Below are positions 8,226 to 17,716 of a stretch of 60,460 bases of DNA, in pieces. The notes under the pieces were generated by a model. The model was not told the DNA's origin. It saw only the letters and a program-made list of their open reading frames with translations, and searched no databases. This stretch comes from Eubacteriales bacterium (lineage in GTDB: Bacteria; Bacillota; Clostridia; Oscillospirales; SIG627), in contig JAZNYT010000121.1 of assembly GCA_045594565.1 (NCBI GenBank), positions 1-60,460 on the forward strand. The letters are read 5' to 3'. Within the stretch, counting starts at the first letter, position 1; each line of letters begins with the position of its first letter. The translations under genes and the position numbers were made by a program.

Positions 8226-8630
8226 TTAGTAGTTCACCGCCTTTTCTAACTTGATATCACCGTAAATGGTATTGACGGTAAACGAGACCTTCACCGTCCT
8301 TTTGGTTTTTGTGTCGAATTCAAAGTCTGATACTCCCGTTATTCTATCGTCCTGAAGCAAAGCTTCTTCAATACGTCTTTGCAATTCGGGGCGAACGTAA
8401 GTAACAGGCATGCCGAATAAGTCCTGAAGCTCTACACCGTAGTTCCACGAATAAATAACGTATTGATATCTTTCCGTGTTCAAAATCTTATATACTACCT
8501 GTTTCATTGCTTCTTGACGGTCACAATAACCGTTTATTGTATTCTGTTCTATTCGAAGCTTATAGTCCTTGCTTGTCGGTGTATCAAGTGCCAAGTCAGT
8601 TGTTAAGATAGTGCTTGTTGAAGGTATCAT
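8226..8630 (-). CDS. XkdS/DUF2634-like baseplate wedge protein
   Basis: LNTERY..IYSWNYGVEL, IEEALLQDDRI. Confidence 0.88.
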   Translation of the reverse strand: MIPSTSTILTTDLALDTPTSKDYKLRIEQNTINGYCDRQEAMKQVVYKILNTERYQYVIYSWNYGVELQDLFGMPVTYVRPELQRRIEEALLQDDRITGVSDFEFDTKTKRTVKVSFTVNTIYGDIKLEKAVNY

Positions 8631-8911
8631 GTGTCCACCACCTTATCAAGTATTAAATATTTCTGACCACCTTTTTTCTTCAAAAGAACGACCCCGTCAC
8701 CCGTCTCCAAAGGTGAAAATCTTGAGGTCCTTTCGGTCATTATTAGTTGGGCTTTGCCTAGTGTAAGTTTTTGCTCAATTTTGATTTTTAAGGGGGAAGT
8801 AGAAAGAACCTCACCAAAGCAAAAGTCCGTCGGTTGACTTGCTTCTACCGCTTCAACGGCGGCTTTTTTTATGGCTTTTAATAGGTCTTTTGCGTCAAGC
8901 AATGAATTCAC
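8627..8911 (-). CDS. XkdR/DUF2577-like protein
   Basis: FGEVLSTSPLKI, GDGVVLLKKKGGQKY. Confidence 0.8.
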   Translation of the reverse strand: MNSLLDAKDLLKAIKKAAVEAVEASQPTDFCFGEVLSTSPLKIKIEQKLTLGKAQLIMTERTSRFSPLETGDGVVLLKKKGGQKYLILDKVVDT

Positions 8912-9866
8912 CGCCTCTCAAGGTCAATTCCATAAAATGTTCACTCTCCTTAAATTCGTGTTTGCACTTCTCGACAAGCATATAATTCTGAACTTTAACG
9001 TCACCTAAGTTCAGAATTACGGGCAAAAAAGACCCCGCCCTTACACGAACGTCACCAAAAGCATTTTTAATTGAAAGGGTTCTTGTTTTGGTATTGTAAA
9101 GAGAAAGGAGAGCGTCGGCTTTAGCCTGTCCGTTCTCCCCTTCTTGTAAGGTATCAAAATATTGAAGTACTCCCCACTTATTGATGTTTTCGGTGCTTTT
9201 AGTTGTATAAACGTCTGAGACCTTTGTTTTGTCGTCCGTGGTGTAAGTAAGTTTGACCTTGTTATAGGTATTACTGTCAATAGATGACTCATAGTCGTAG
9301 TTCTCGGCTGTTTCCTCATCTATCAGCACGTTTAACTTCATGTTCTCCAAACTTCTGAGCATTATTTTGCCGAAATCGTCATACATAACATAAAGCTTTT
9401 TAGTGTTCTGCATGGTTAAGTCAAGGGTGTTTTGTATCATATCAAATAACGTTGTGTTACTTTCAACTCTTGATGGAATTATATAGCCTGTGTTGTCTAT
9501 ATTGCCTGTTTGTAGATTGAAGTCTTGAGCTAAGGTTTTTATAAAAGTGCTTGCGGTCTCGTTTTCAATTTTATAAGTGTCTTTATTTTTGAGGTATCTA
9601 AGCTGGTCGTAGGCGGTAACTTCAATAGTATCGCCCTTGTCACGTTTCTTTTTGAAAACAAAGCCAAAGAAAACATTTTTATCGTCCACTCTCAGCCTGA
9701 CAGGGTCACCCTCAGTAAAGTTCAAGATATTGTCTTTGACTACCTTGAAAGTAAGCTGTCCCGGTGAGCCTTGCCTTTCTGTAGACCACGTTATACCTTC
9801 TTCAACCGCCGGCTCATATAGTTTTCCTTCGTGTTCAATTAAAAGTTCGATTTTCATTTTGTTCAC
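8895..9866 (-). CDS. XkdQ-like baseplate hub protein
   Basis: TAYDQLRYLKNKD, WGVLQY, GDVRVRAG. Confidence 0.88.
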   Translation of the reverse strand: MNKMKIELLIEHEGKLYEPAVEEGITWSTERQGSPGQLTFKVVKDNILNFTEGDPVRLRVDDKNVFFGFVFKKKRDKGDTIEVTAYDQLRYLKNKDTYKIENETASTFIKTLAQDFNLQTGNIDNTGYIIPSRVESNTTLFDMIQNTLDLTMQNTKKLYVMYDDFGKIMLRSLENMKLNVLIDEETAENYDYESSIDSNTYNKVKLTYTTDDKTKVSDVYTTKSTENINKWGVLQYFDTLQEGENGQAKADALLSLYNTKTRTLSIKNAFGDVRVRAGSFLPVILNLGDVKVQNYMLVEKCKHEFKESEHFMELTLRGGEFIA

Positions 9867-9868
9867 AC

Positions 9869-10927
9869 CTAATAATAAAATGCTAAATTTTCAAGGTAGG
9901 GAGGAGTTATAGTTACTTCTTTGTTTTTGTCAACAGTCGTTGCAAAAACTAGTTCTTCACCATCCGGACTCCTGATCCACGAATCATCGCCTACAAGAGC
10001 AATAGAGGTTCGTAAATTGCTGATGAAGTGAAAAACTACCTCGGTTCCTTTTTCGAGAGCTATATGACTTGTTCTTTTGAAGAATCCTAAATCCTCACCA
10101 TCAATAGTGTTTTCTATAAGTGTTTTATAAACAAACTTGTTATTCTCTTTATAACCAGCTCTAACAGTATATCCTTCGAGTGCATCAAAAATTGCGTTTA
10201 TAGTAAGAGTATATTTTGGTTTTTTGTTTACGCTTAAAGAACCGCCTCCGGTCGCCACCTTGCCCGAAACGTCAGGAATAGTAAGTACCTGACCCGGATA
10301 TATCAAATTAGGGTTTCCGCCGATAATACTTTTATTAGCCTCATAAATAATCGTGTATTTTGAGCCGTTGTCATAATAGTATTTAGCAATATTCCAAAGA
10401 GTGTCCCCCGGTTTAACGTGGTGTGTTTTGGCTTCGGGCGAGTTTTCGGTGGACCTTGTGGGCTGTAACGTGCCGGTGCCGTTATAAATCTTCGTGCCAT
10501 ATTCCTTGTATTGCTTTAGCTTTACTGTTACAACAAAGTCAAAGCCCTCTTTTTTGTCCTCTTTGATTGTGTAATCTTCAAGAGACACCTTGATATTAGT
10601 ATCAAATAAGGCTTGATTGTTTGGCTTTGTTCTTGTAACTATAAATTGAAACGGCTTCTTTTCTGTTTTTAACCGTTCTATTTTGTTGATATAGTAGTCT
10701 GCATTCGGAACCACAAGATACTTTTTCATATCGTAAACAGCAAAAGGATATTTTGCGTTAGGAAGAAGCAAGTCAAAGCTAATTTCCGTTAGCCCTGGGG
10801 CTTTTAACATATTTATTTCGCCGTCGTTTATAAGGGTCAGAGTTTTATTCTGACCCTTTATTTTTGTGTCAATTTTAGATGGGGTAACAGGACAAATCAT
10901 ATCACCCAAAAATACAAAATAAGCCAT
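9869..10927 (-). CDS. XkdP-like LysM tail protein with C-terminal extension
   Basis: HVKPGDTLWNIAK...NPNLIYPGQVLTIP followed by ~130 extra aa. Confidence 0.85.
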   Translation of the reverse strand: MAYFVFLGDMICPVTPSKIDTKIKGQNKTLTLINDGEINMLKAPGLTEISFDLLLPNAKYPFAVYDMKKYLVVPNADYYINKIERLKTEKKPFQFIVTRTKPNNQALFDTNIKVSLEDYTIKEDKKEGFDFVVTVKLKQYKEYGTKIYNGTGTLQPTRSTENSPEAKTHHVKPGDTLWNIAKYYYDNGSKYTIIYEANKSIIGGNPNLIYPGQVLTIPDVSGKVATGGGSLSVNKKPKYTLTINAIFDALEGYTVRAGYKENNKFVYKTLIENTIDGEDLGFFKRTSHIALEKGTEVVFHFISNLRTSIALVGDDSWIRSPDGEELVFATTVDKNKEVTITPPYLENLAFYY

Positions 10928-13032
10928 TATACCGATACTCCTTCCGCTGCTATACTCATTGCCTCGTTTACTCCATTTGCAAGATAGTTAACAATTCCGT
11001 CAAGGTCAGTGTCGGACGAGATATTGTTATTGTTCGTCATTTCAACCTTTATTTCTGCCGTTGTGAAGCGGTTTATAACGTCTCTTTCGGCTATGTCTCT
11101 TAAATACTTCAAGTCTTCGCTTGATATGTCAAGAGAGTCAACCATTTTGTCTGTGTTGTCTGACGTGTTGGCTATATTTGACGGTGCATTGGCTGCATCA
11201 TAGCTTTCCGAGTCAAACATATTGTTTTGACTATCCATATCGATACTAAACTTATCGGCAAGACCTTCGCCGAAGCTATAACCCGAATCCCAAGCGTCCG
11301 TTGCATCAAGTCTCTTTAATTGAGGTGCTTCTCGGCTTATAGTGATAGCATTTTCTTCGTCTTTACCCCACGAGGTGACTTTATCTTGAAGTGAAGTAAG
11401 ACCGCCAGTCCAGTCGGTACCGAAAATAGCATCTATAATGGTAGTGACTATTTTACCAAGTGATAAGAACCAAGAAATACATTGCCCTATAAGATTTGCT
11501 ACTGCACCGCCAAATGACGTAAAACCACCGTTACAAGCATTTAGTATCCACTCTATAATTCCAATAAAAGGCTCTACAAAATAGCTCCATATAGTTTGAA
11601 TTAAAGAATTCACCAGACCTGCAAAAATATTCCAAATTGTAGCACCAAGCCAAGCAAAAGCTCCACAAATTACGCCCGTTGCACTTATTGACGTTCCTGC
11701 AAATTTGTTTATAGCTGCAATTACTAGGTAAATAACCGCAATAACGGCAATTATGAGTATAATTATCCAAGTTAAAGGACATGCCAACAAAGCGGCGTTT
11801 AATCCCTGTTGTGCCGCCGTCTGTGCAAACGTTGACCAAGTCCAAGTGCCGTTAGCGAGTGAACTAATTGCCGTTACCGCCGAATGTATAAGCATACCGA
11901 CTTTCGCTATACCTAACATTAGTACCCAAGCCCCAAGAGCAAAAACAAGACCCCAAACAATAGGCTCTAACAAAGACCAGTTATCATACATAAACGAAGC
12001 AACACTGGCAATAACGTCAATAGCACTTAAAGCAAACTTTGCAACGTTAGCCAGTCCTGACATTAGATTTGTTATATTCTGCTGGAACTCTGCATTGTTT
12101 GCTAAAGAATTGATTTTATCAAGCACGGGTTGAAATTGCATAAGGGCGTTATTCTTCATCATTGTCCATACTTGACCCCAAGTCATAGGCATTTGAGCAA
12201 ATCGTTCCTCTACCTCATCAGCCGACTCAAATACCGCTGCCTTGATAACGTCAGCCGTAAGAAGACCTTCCGCTGCCCATTCCTTCATAGTTCCCGTTGC
12301 CCCTTGCACGTTCCGCATATAGTCTTCAATGCTCTTTGCAAGAAGCGGGGCGTTTTCAATAATAGAACGGTATTCGTCACCTTGTAAGCGTCCCGATCCC
12401 ATTGCCTGGGTTAGCTGATACATAGCCGAAGCCTGCTCTGTTGCAGAAGCACCGCCGACAACGAAGTTTTTGTTTAACAGTTCCGAAAATGCAACCATTT
12501 CTTCAGTACCGCTAAAGGCTTTATCGGCAACAAGACCTAATTTTGTTACGGTATTAGCCATAGCCTGATATTCGCCCCTTGACCTTTGCGCCGCTTCGTA
12601 AATCTGTTCTTGTAGCTTTGCGACCTCTTCTTCGCCCTCGACTAGCAAACCGAGTCTTGAAGTCGTAAGTGTCATTTCGTCGGATAAGTTGACTAGCTTA
12701 CCGACAGTCTGTAACGAAGCATAGGTTGCAACAAGCCCGGCAACCTTGCCCACAAGTCCGTCCATAGCGGAGTCACCACTTTGTACGGCTCTATTGTATT
12801 CTCTCTGTTCGTCTTCTGCTCCGTCGGTATTTCTACCGAGCTTTACAACGCTATCCGCCGCCCTGTCAATAGCCGCCCTTGCTGATACTATTTTTGAAGT
12901 GTCAAAGCCTTTGCCCATTGACCTTTCAACGCTTTCGTATGCATCGCACATGTCAGTTAAGGCGCTTATCATATTATTGATAGGGGCGGAAACTTTGTCA
13001 TATATCGCAATAGACGTTGATATACTCGCCAT
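10927..13032 (-). CDS. Tape measure protein
   Basis: QLTQAMGSGRLQGDEYRSIIENAP motif, hydrophobic middle, position after chaperone. Confidence 0.92.
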   Translation of the reverse strand: MASISTSIAIYDKVSAPINNMISALTDMCDAYESVERSMGKGFDTSKIVSARAAIDRAADSVVKLGRNTDGAEDEQREYNRAVQSGDSAMDGLVGKVAGLVATYASLQTVGKLVNLSDEMTLTTSRLGLLVEGEEEVAKLQEQIYEAAQRSRGEYQAMANTVTKLGLVADKAFSGTEEMVAFSELLNKNFVVGGASATEQASAMYQLTQAMGSGRLQGDEYRSIIENAPLLAKSIEDYMRNVQGATGTMKEWAAEGLLTADVIKAAVFESADEVEERFAQMPMTWGQVWTMMKNNALMQFQPVLDKINSLANNAEFQQNITNLMSGLANVAKFALSAIDVIASVASFMYDNWSLLEPIVWGLVFALGAWVLMLGIAKVGMLIHSAVTAISSLANGTWTWSTFAQTAAQQGLNAALLACPLTWIIILIIAVIAVIYLVIAAINKFAGTSISATGVICGAFAWLGATIWNIFAGLVNSLIQTIWSYFVEPFIGIIEWILNACNGGFTSFGGAVANLIGQCISWFLSLGKIVTTIIDAIFGTDWTGGLTSLQDKVTSWGKDEENAITISREAPQLKRLDATDAWDSGYSFGEGLADKFSIDMDSQNNMFDSESYDAANAPSNIANTSDNTDKMVDSLDISSEDLKYLRDIAERDVINRFTTAEIKVEMTNNNNISSDTDLDGIVNYLANGVNEAMSIAAEGVSV

Positions 13033-13069
13033 ATTCTTTTTTCACCGCCTTTCTGGTGAAAATAAGGTA

Positions 13070-13100
13070 AAAAGCGGTCAAGAACACATCTGACCGCTTT
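13070..13100 (-). terminator. Terminator-like hairpin between tail chaperone and tape measure
   Basis: AAAGCGGTCA/TGACCGCTTT followed by T-run on the minus strand. Confidence 0.5.
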
Positions 13101-13113
13101 ATATTTTTCGTTA

Positions 13114-13721
13114 TTATTTTTTACGTTTAGCTTTTGCTTCGGCTTCTTTTTCTTTTTCAATTCTTACTTTGATAGAAGCTATCACAAAAGCCTTTTCGTT
13201 CATTTCAAGGTTTAAGAATGTAGAAGGTAAAATGCGAAGTTTTTGCAATGCAAAATGTGCATAATTGGCTTCGGCATCTCCTTCTTCAATTAGTTTTTTG
13301 CTTCTTCAACCTTATCTTCAAGGGTAGTGTCAAACCCGTTGTAGTTCTGAACGAAAGCGGCGAACTCCTGATATTCGCTAGGGTTGTCAACCATTTCTTT
13401 CAAGAGTTCTTCGGGGGTCATTACACCGTAAGAGTCCTGAAGCTCTTTGTCGTAAAGGTTAGGCTCTACAACACAGGCACAAATAAGCTTTGCAATATAC
13501 GTTGAGGTGTCAAGCTTAGGTCTGAACATATTAGGCTTACCCGCTATGGGAATATCCTTCATACATTTGTCTCTGATATCCTCATTTTGTTTAGTTGTTA
13601 AAGGTTTGATAACCCATTCAAGAGGTTTCCCGTTCTCGTCAATCAATGACTTTGTAGCCGCATAGGTTGTGTTAGCCTTTACCGCCTTATTTTCTTTCAT
13701 AAATCTGCTGAAGTTTGACAT
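13114..13721 (-). CDS. Tail assembly chaperone (XkdN-like, 13290-13721) with predicted -1 frameshift extension to 13114
   Basis: Slippery A AAA AAC at 13299-13293 just before the stop; -1 frame open 59 codons (LIEEGDAEANYAHFALQKLRILPS...). Confidence 0.8.
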
Positions 13722-13800
13722 ATTATAATCTACCTTTCGTTTCTCTCTTTTTTATATTTTAGGGGGTTAAAATGCCCCCGGATATAACGGGGGCGTGTTA

Positions 13801-14304
13801 TTATTTTGTTGTCAGCATCCCATCAAGAAGTTTGAACTGTTCATCCATTTTGAAATCTTCAAAAGTGAAGTCCATATCTTCGTCAAGATATTCGCCGTCA
13901 GCGTCAAACTTAGCAAGAATACCGCCGTCAATGTTACAGCCAGTGAATACCATTGTCTGTCTACCAGCTGAACTTGTGGGATCTTCGTTAGTAACCTGAA
14001 TATCAAAGTAAACGTCTTCCCCTGTTCTCTTATACTCGACCATCATTTCACGAAAAATCGACGTGTTATAGTGGAAGGTTCCCTTACCCGTACCCTTCCA
14101 GCCTGTTGCCTTATTTCCTGTGCCGGTCTGTCCAAGGATAGGCACTTCGGTCTTAGTTTTTTCAAAGCTTGCTTCAAAATTTATAATTTGCATAAAGTTG
14201 TATCTATTTCCATTAGGATTCCCCTTAGTTGGAATAGTAATATAACACTCTGCAAGTTTAGCTGAAATAGCGTCTGAAGCTTTCATTTTTACGTTGTTAA
14301 GCAT
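13801..14304 (-). CDS. Tail tube protein (XkdM-like)
   Basis: EKTKTEVPILGQ..GNKATGWKGTG, EDMDFTFED. Confidence 0.92.
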   Translation of the reverse strand: MLNNVKMKASDAISAKLAECYITIPTKGNPNGNRYNFMQIINFEASFEKTKTEVPILGQTGTGNKATGWKGTGKGTFHYNTSIFREMMVEYKRTGEDVYFDIQVTNEDPTSSAGRQTMVFTGCNIDGGILAKFDADGEYLDEDMDFTFEDFKMDEQFKLLDGMLTTK

Positions 14305-14324
14305 TGTTCATTTTACCCCTTCCT

Positions 14325-15632
14325 TTATGCAATAGTGGTAGTCATATAGAGTTTAGCCATAGCGTTAACCGGTTCAATGGCATCGTTTATAACTACCGAT
14401 TTCTTTGTATCGCCCTTTGCCACAGTGATATCCTTTTCGTTGAAGTTCTCAATAGCTCTGATAGTCTGTAAATGTTCACGCTGCTTAACAAGGTCAAGCC
14501 ACAAACTTGTTCTTCCGGCTTCATCATTGGGAACGCTACCGAGATACTTTTCATTGAATATAACCGCTGTATCATTGGCAATCTGGTCTATAACTCTTAT
14601 AGTATGATTGTCCTTGAATACGTCGCCCTTTTCATCGGTGGTGGTTTTAAGAGAGTTAACGTCTTCAAGCACCCTTACGTCTGAGCCTACCTTATGAAGA
14701 ACAAACTCCCCGTTCTGAATACACTGTGTAAGCTGTGCTTGGGTGTAATTTGTATCAACGGAGAACTCACCGTCATAAAGTTTGTTAAGATTGGATTTGT
14801 TGACAGGGCAACCAGCCGCCGCACCCGTTACCCAATATACAAGGGAAGCTTCGGAAACTCCTTCGTCAGCTACCTTGTTCTTAACGTTAATAACGCCCTC
14901 ATAATCTGCCGCCTTAGAATATACAACACTTTGAAACTTAACGCCGAGTTCGTCACGTAGTCTCTTTGTGAATGCCACGATAAGAGACTTAATTTCTTCG
15001 GAAGTAGTTGCAACACCGAGAGCGTTAAAGGAATAGCTTTCGATTTTGTTGAGATACGTCTGATAAGTGTTTCCGACAAGCTCGGAGTTAGTACCGCCTG
15101 TGAGAGGCGAACCAGCCACAACGGAAAGCGAAGACGAAGTGTTGAAAGTTACAAAATCGTTATCCTTGAGAGTTTTCGCACTTTCAACGCTCTGCTTATC
15201 AACGGTAGTCGTGCCGATAACTGTCGATACGTCGAAAAGCGAAGTGTTTTCAACGTTCTTCTGAATGACAATCTGTATATCGTTGCCACGTACGCCGGGA
15301 TATTTTGCCGTTGCATAAGTGTTAGAAGCCTTAACGCCACCGCCGTTGAGACGATATGCAAAAAGGGTATGAATATTTTTGAATAAATCACGAAGTCCTT
15401 TAAGCTTTTCATGTTCGTAAGAATAGCCGAAAAGCTTAAGACTATTTTTCTGAAAATCCGCACTTGTAACTTCAAAGACTTCTCCTTCAATACCCCAGTC
15501 GAGTTCAAGGGGCATTGTTGCTATTCCTCTGTCAGAAAGTGTCGCACTCGCTGAAGCAAGAGAAACAAAGTTAATATAAGTGCCGGGAAGAATTTTATTT
15601 TGAACTGTAAAAGTTCCGCCGCCTAAAGCCAT
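14325..15632 (-). CDS. Tail sheath protein (XkdK-like)
   Basis: MALGGGTF...LPGTYINF, AMAKLYMT. Confidence 0.93.
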   Translation of the reverse strand: MALGGGTFTVQNKILPGTYINFVSLASASATLSDRGIATMPLELDWGIEGEVFEVTSADFQKNSLKLFGYSYEHEKLKGLRDLFKNIHTLFAYRLNGGGVKASNTYATAKYPGVRGNDIQIVIQKNVENTSLFDVSTVIGTTTVDKQSVESAKTLKDNDFVTFNTSSSLSVVAGSPLTGGTNSELVGNTYQTYLNKIESYSFNALGVATTSEEIKSLIVAFTKRLRDELGVKFQSVVYSKAADYEGVINVKNKVADEGVSEASLVYWVTGAAAGCPVNKSNLNKLYDGEFSVDTNYTQAQLTQCIQNGEFVLHKVGSDVRVLEDVNSLKTTTDEKGDVFKDNHTIRVIDQIANDTAVIFNEKYLGSVPNDEAGRTSLWLDLVKQREHLQTIRAIENFNEKDITVAKGDTKKSVVINDAIEPVNAMAKLYMTTTIA

Positions 15633-15634
15633 AC

Positions 15635-15838
15635 TTATTTCACCTTACCTTTCATAAATCCATCAAGAAGAGCTTCAACTTCTGAATGTGTATACTCTCT
15701 GTTTTCGTCAAGAATAGCACTTAAAGCGTCTCTTCTTTCTAAATATTTTTTTGAGTTAAGAAACTGTGCTTTAGTAAACACAGGTTCTTTGTTTGTTGTT
15801 TCAGCCTTTTGGGCTGTGTTTGTATTTTTTGTTGCCAT
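15635..15838 (-). CDS. Small conserved tail-region protein
   Basis: FTKAQFLNSKKY..RD.L.AIL pattern preceding sheath genes. Confidence 0.65.
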   Translation of the reverse strand: MATKNTNTAQKAETTNKEPVFTKAQFLNSKKYLERRDALSAILDENREYTHSEVEALLDGFMKGKVK

Positions 15839-15839
15839 A

Positions 15840-16268
15840 TTATGACCCTTTCACTTCGCCGTTATGGTTAAGAACTTCCATAGGCTCTTTTTCTTCGGTG
15901 TCCTTATAAACGAATACGTCATAGTTTACAAAGAAGCTCAGGAAATCGTCAGACACTTCGCCGTGCATATTCGTGCCCCTGCACAATTTGCCGTCAACGG
16001 TGATATATTCAAGAGCCGAGTATAAACGTTCTAAAACCTCATAACATTCTATTTTTGGTTCTTTTGTTTTAGGGAAATAGCGAACACAAAATAAATGTGT
16101 TCTAAAATACCTATTTCCAAGAAATTGTTTTGACGTGGGATTTATACACGACAAAGTAAAACTACCTTCTTCAAAGTCCTGTTTAACCGTCTCGGTGTAT
16201 ATCTCCGCTTCGTCGCCGAATTCCTCGTTGATTTTCACGGAAATTCCGTCAATAATTCTTTGTATCAT
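15840..16268 (-). CDS. Tail terminator/completion-like protein
   Basis: Synteny; FCVRYFP, LSFFVNY. Confidence 0.7.
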   Translation of the reverse strand: MIQRIIDGISVKINEEFGDEAEIYTETVKQDFEEGSFTLSCINPTSKQFLGNRYFRTHLFCVRYFPKTKEPKIECYEVLERLYSALEYITVDGKLCRGTNMHGEVSDDFLSFFVNYDVFVYKDTEEKEPMEVLNHNGEVKGS

Positions 16269-16768
16269 TTGAAGATTTCCTTTAGTTTCTTATTGAGCTT
16301 ATTTTGTAACACTCTAGGGGCATCGTTTCTTATTTCATCTTCGGATATAGTCAACATAAATTGACCTTCAACCCACCCTTGAACTAATCGCTTACCGATA
16401 GCCGGAACAAAGCGACCAGGTGTCTGTCTGTGTCCATATTCAACGTAAGAAGCATATTCAACGGGGTTTACTATCTCTATGACGTAAGCACCGCCCGAAC
16501 GTGTTACTTTTAAGCCGTTAGCGTATTCCGTGGCGCTTTGGCTTTTTTCACCCGTCCAGCCCCGTCGTAACGTTCCGCCCTTTTTCCCCGACTCGCTAGG
16601 ATACTGACCTACGGGAGTCATTTTTATAACCTTTGCAAGAAGACGGGCTGCAAGTTCCTTAGAGCAAGATTCAATGAACTTTTCAAGTTCTGCGCCTGAC
16701 AAGTTCTTTTCAACCTCGTCACGGAATTTTTGAAGCTCCTTGAAGTTTACACTTGCACCTTTACCCAT
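16265..16768 (-). CDS. HK97 gp10-like neck protein
   Basis: TPVG...GTLRRGW, EYASYVEYGHR. Confidence 0.88.
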   Translation of the reverse strand: MGKGASVNFKELQKFRDEVEKNLSGAELEKFIESCSKELAARLLAKVIKMTPVGQYPSESGKKGGTLRRGWTGEKSQSATEYANGLKVTRSGGAYVIEIVNPVEYASYVEYGHRQTPGRFVPAIGKRLVQGWVEGQFMLTISEDEIRNDAPRVLQNKLNKKLKEIFK

Positions 16769-17146
16769 TTAAGCCCACCCTTTGAAAATTTCAAGGTCTA
16801 TTTCCTGGTGAGTGCTATATATAGCCGCCTTACCACTATTTTTATAATCAGTCATAACGCCATTTTGGGAAATAGTTAACTTTGAACCGGGTTTCACTTC
16901 AATTTCGGGCGCAAGAAACACTTTAACGGTTTGGGTGACAGACGAAACGCCGTTATCTGTGGGGGTTGTATTTGCGGTAGAGCCGAAGGACAGCCTACAC
17001 GGTTGCCCTTCAAGCACTACAACTTCCTCAAAGCCTGTTGTCTTGTTTGCCTTTTTAACTTTTCGATACTCGATTATAGAGCATTTGCCGTCGTAAAGGC
17101 TTTCTATGGCTTTTCTTGCTTTTACCAACTGAGTTTTCGATAACAT
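16769..17146 (-). CDS. Head closure protein
   Basis: PCRLSF, KVFLAPEIEVKPGSKLTI. Confidence 0.75.
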   Translation of the reverse strand: MLSKTQLVKARKAIESLYDGKCSIIEYRKVKKANKTTGFEEVVVLEGQPCRLSFGSTANTTPTDNGVSSVTQTVKVFLAPEIEVKPGSKLTISQNGVMTDYKNSGKAAIYSTHQEIDLEIFKGWA

Positions 17147-17568
17147 ACAAAGTCACCTTCTCCCGAATTTATAAGCGATGATAAGAGTAAATTAAATCTC
17201 TCCTCGTCGCTCGTTCCCGTATTAAAGGAAACGCTTGTATCGCCCTCTGATATAGAAGCTATTGCCCCCGATAAGTCAAGCCCTTCAAGTTCAAGCTGCC
17301 CCGTTTGCTTCTTGGAGTATAAAAACTCGCCGCAAACACGGTCAACGGCGTTAAAGAAAAGTCCGTCAGGAATATCGGTGACATTGCACGAATTTTTGAT
17401 ATGGCTTTCTACCTTTTGAATAGCAAAAGCCAAAACACACCCGTCAGCCCCGCCGTTCAGGTTATACCCAAAAGAAACAAGCCTTTTCAAAACAGCTTCA
17501 ATAAAGCGTTCCGAAAGGCTTGTATTAGGTGGTAACGTTTTTTGAATTATCTTTATCATTTCATTCAT
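17122..17568 (-). CDS. Head-tail connector protein
   Basis: IKNSCN..IP.GL, SISEGDTSVSF. Confidence 0.75.
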   Translation of the reverse strand: MNEMIKIIQKTLPPNTSLSERFIEAVLKRLVSFGYNLNGGADGCVLAFAIQKVESHIKNSCNVTDIPDGLFFNAVDRVCGEFLYSKKQTGQLELEGLDLSGAIASISEGDTSVSFNTGTSDEERFNLLLSSLINSGEGDFVCYRKLSW

Positions 17569-17584
17569 GCAATATCACCTGCTT

Positions 17585-17698
17585 TCACTTTTTTGCACTT
17601 TTCTTTGAAACAGATACCTTAGGAGCTTCCTGTTTGCTTTTCTCGGCCTTAGGAGCTTCCTGTACTGGGTTTCCACTCTTATGTCTTCTTAACAACAT
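17585..17698 (-). CDS. Micro-ORF after capsid, 37 aa
   Basis: Read by hand: MLLRRHKSGNPVQEAPKAEKSKQEAPKVSVSKKSAKK; contains CAGGAAGCTCCTAAGG twice. Confidence 0.55.
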   Translation of the reverse strand: MLLRRHKSGNPVQEAPKAEKSKQEAPKVSVSKKSAKK

Positions 17699-17716
17699 AT
17701 ATGCACCTGTCCTTTA

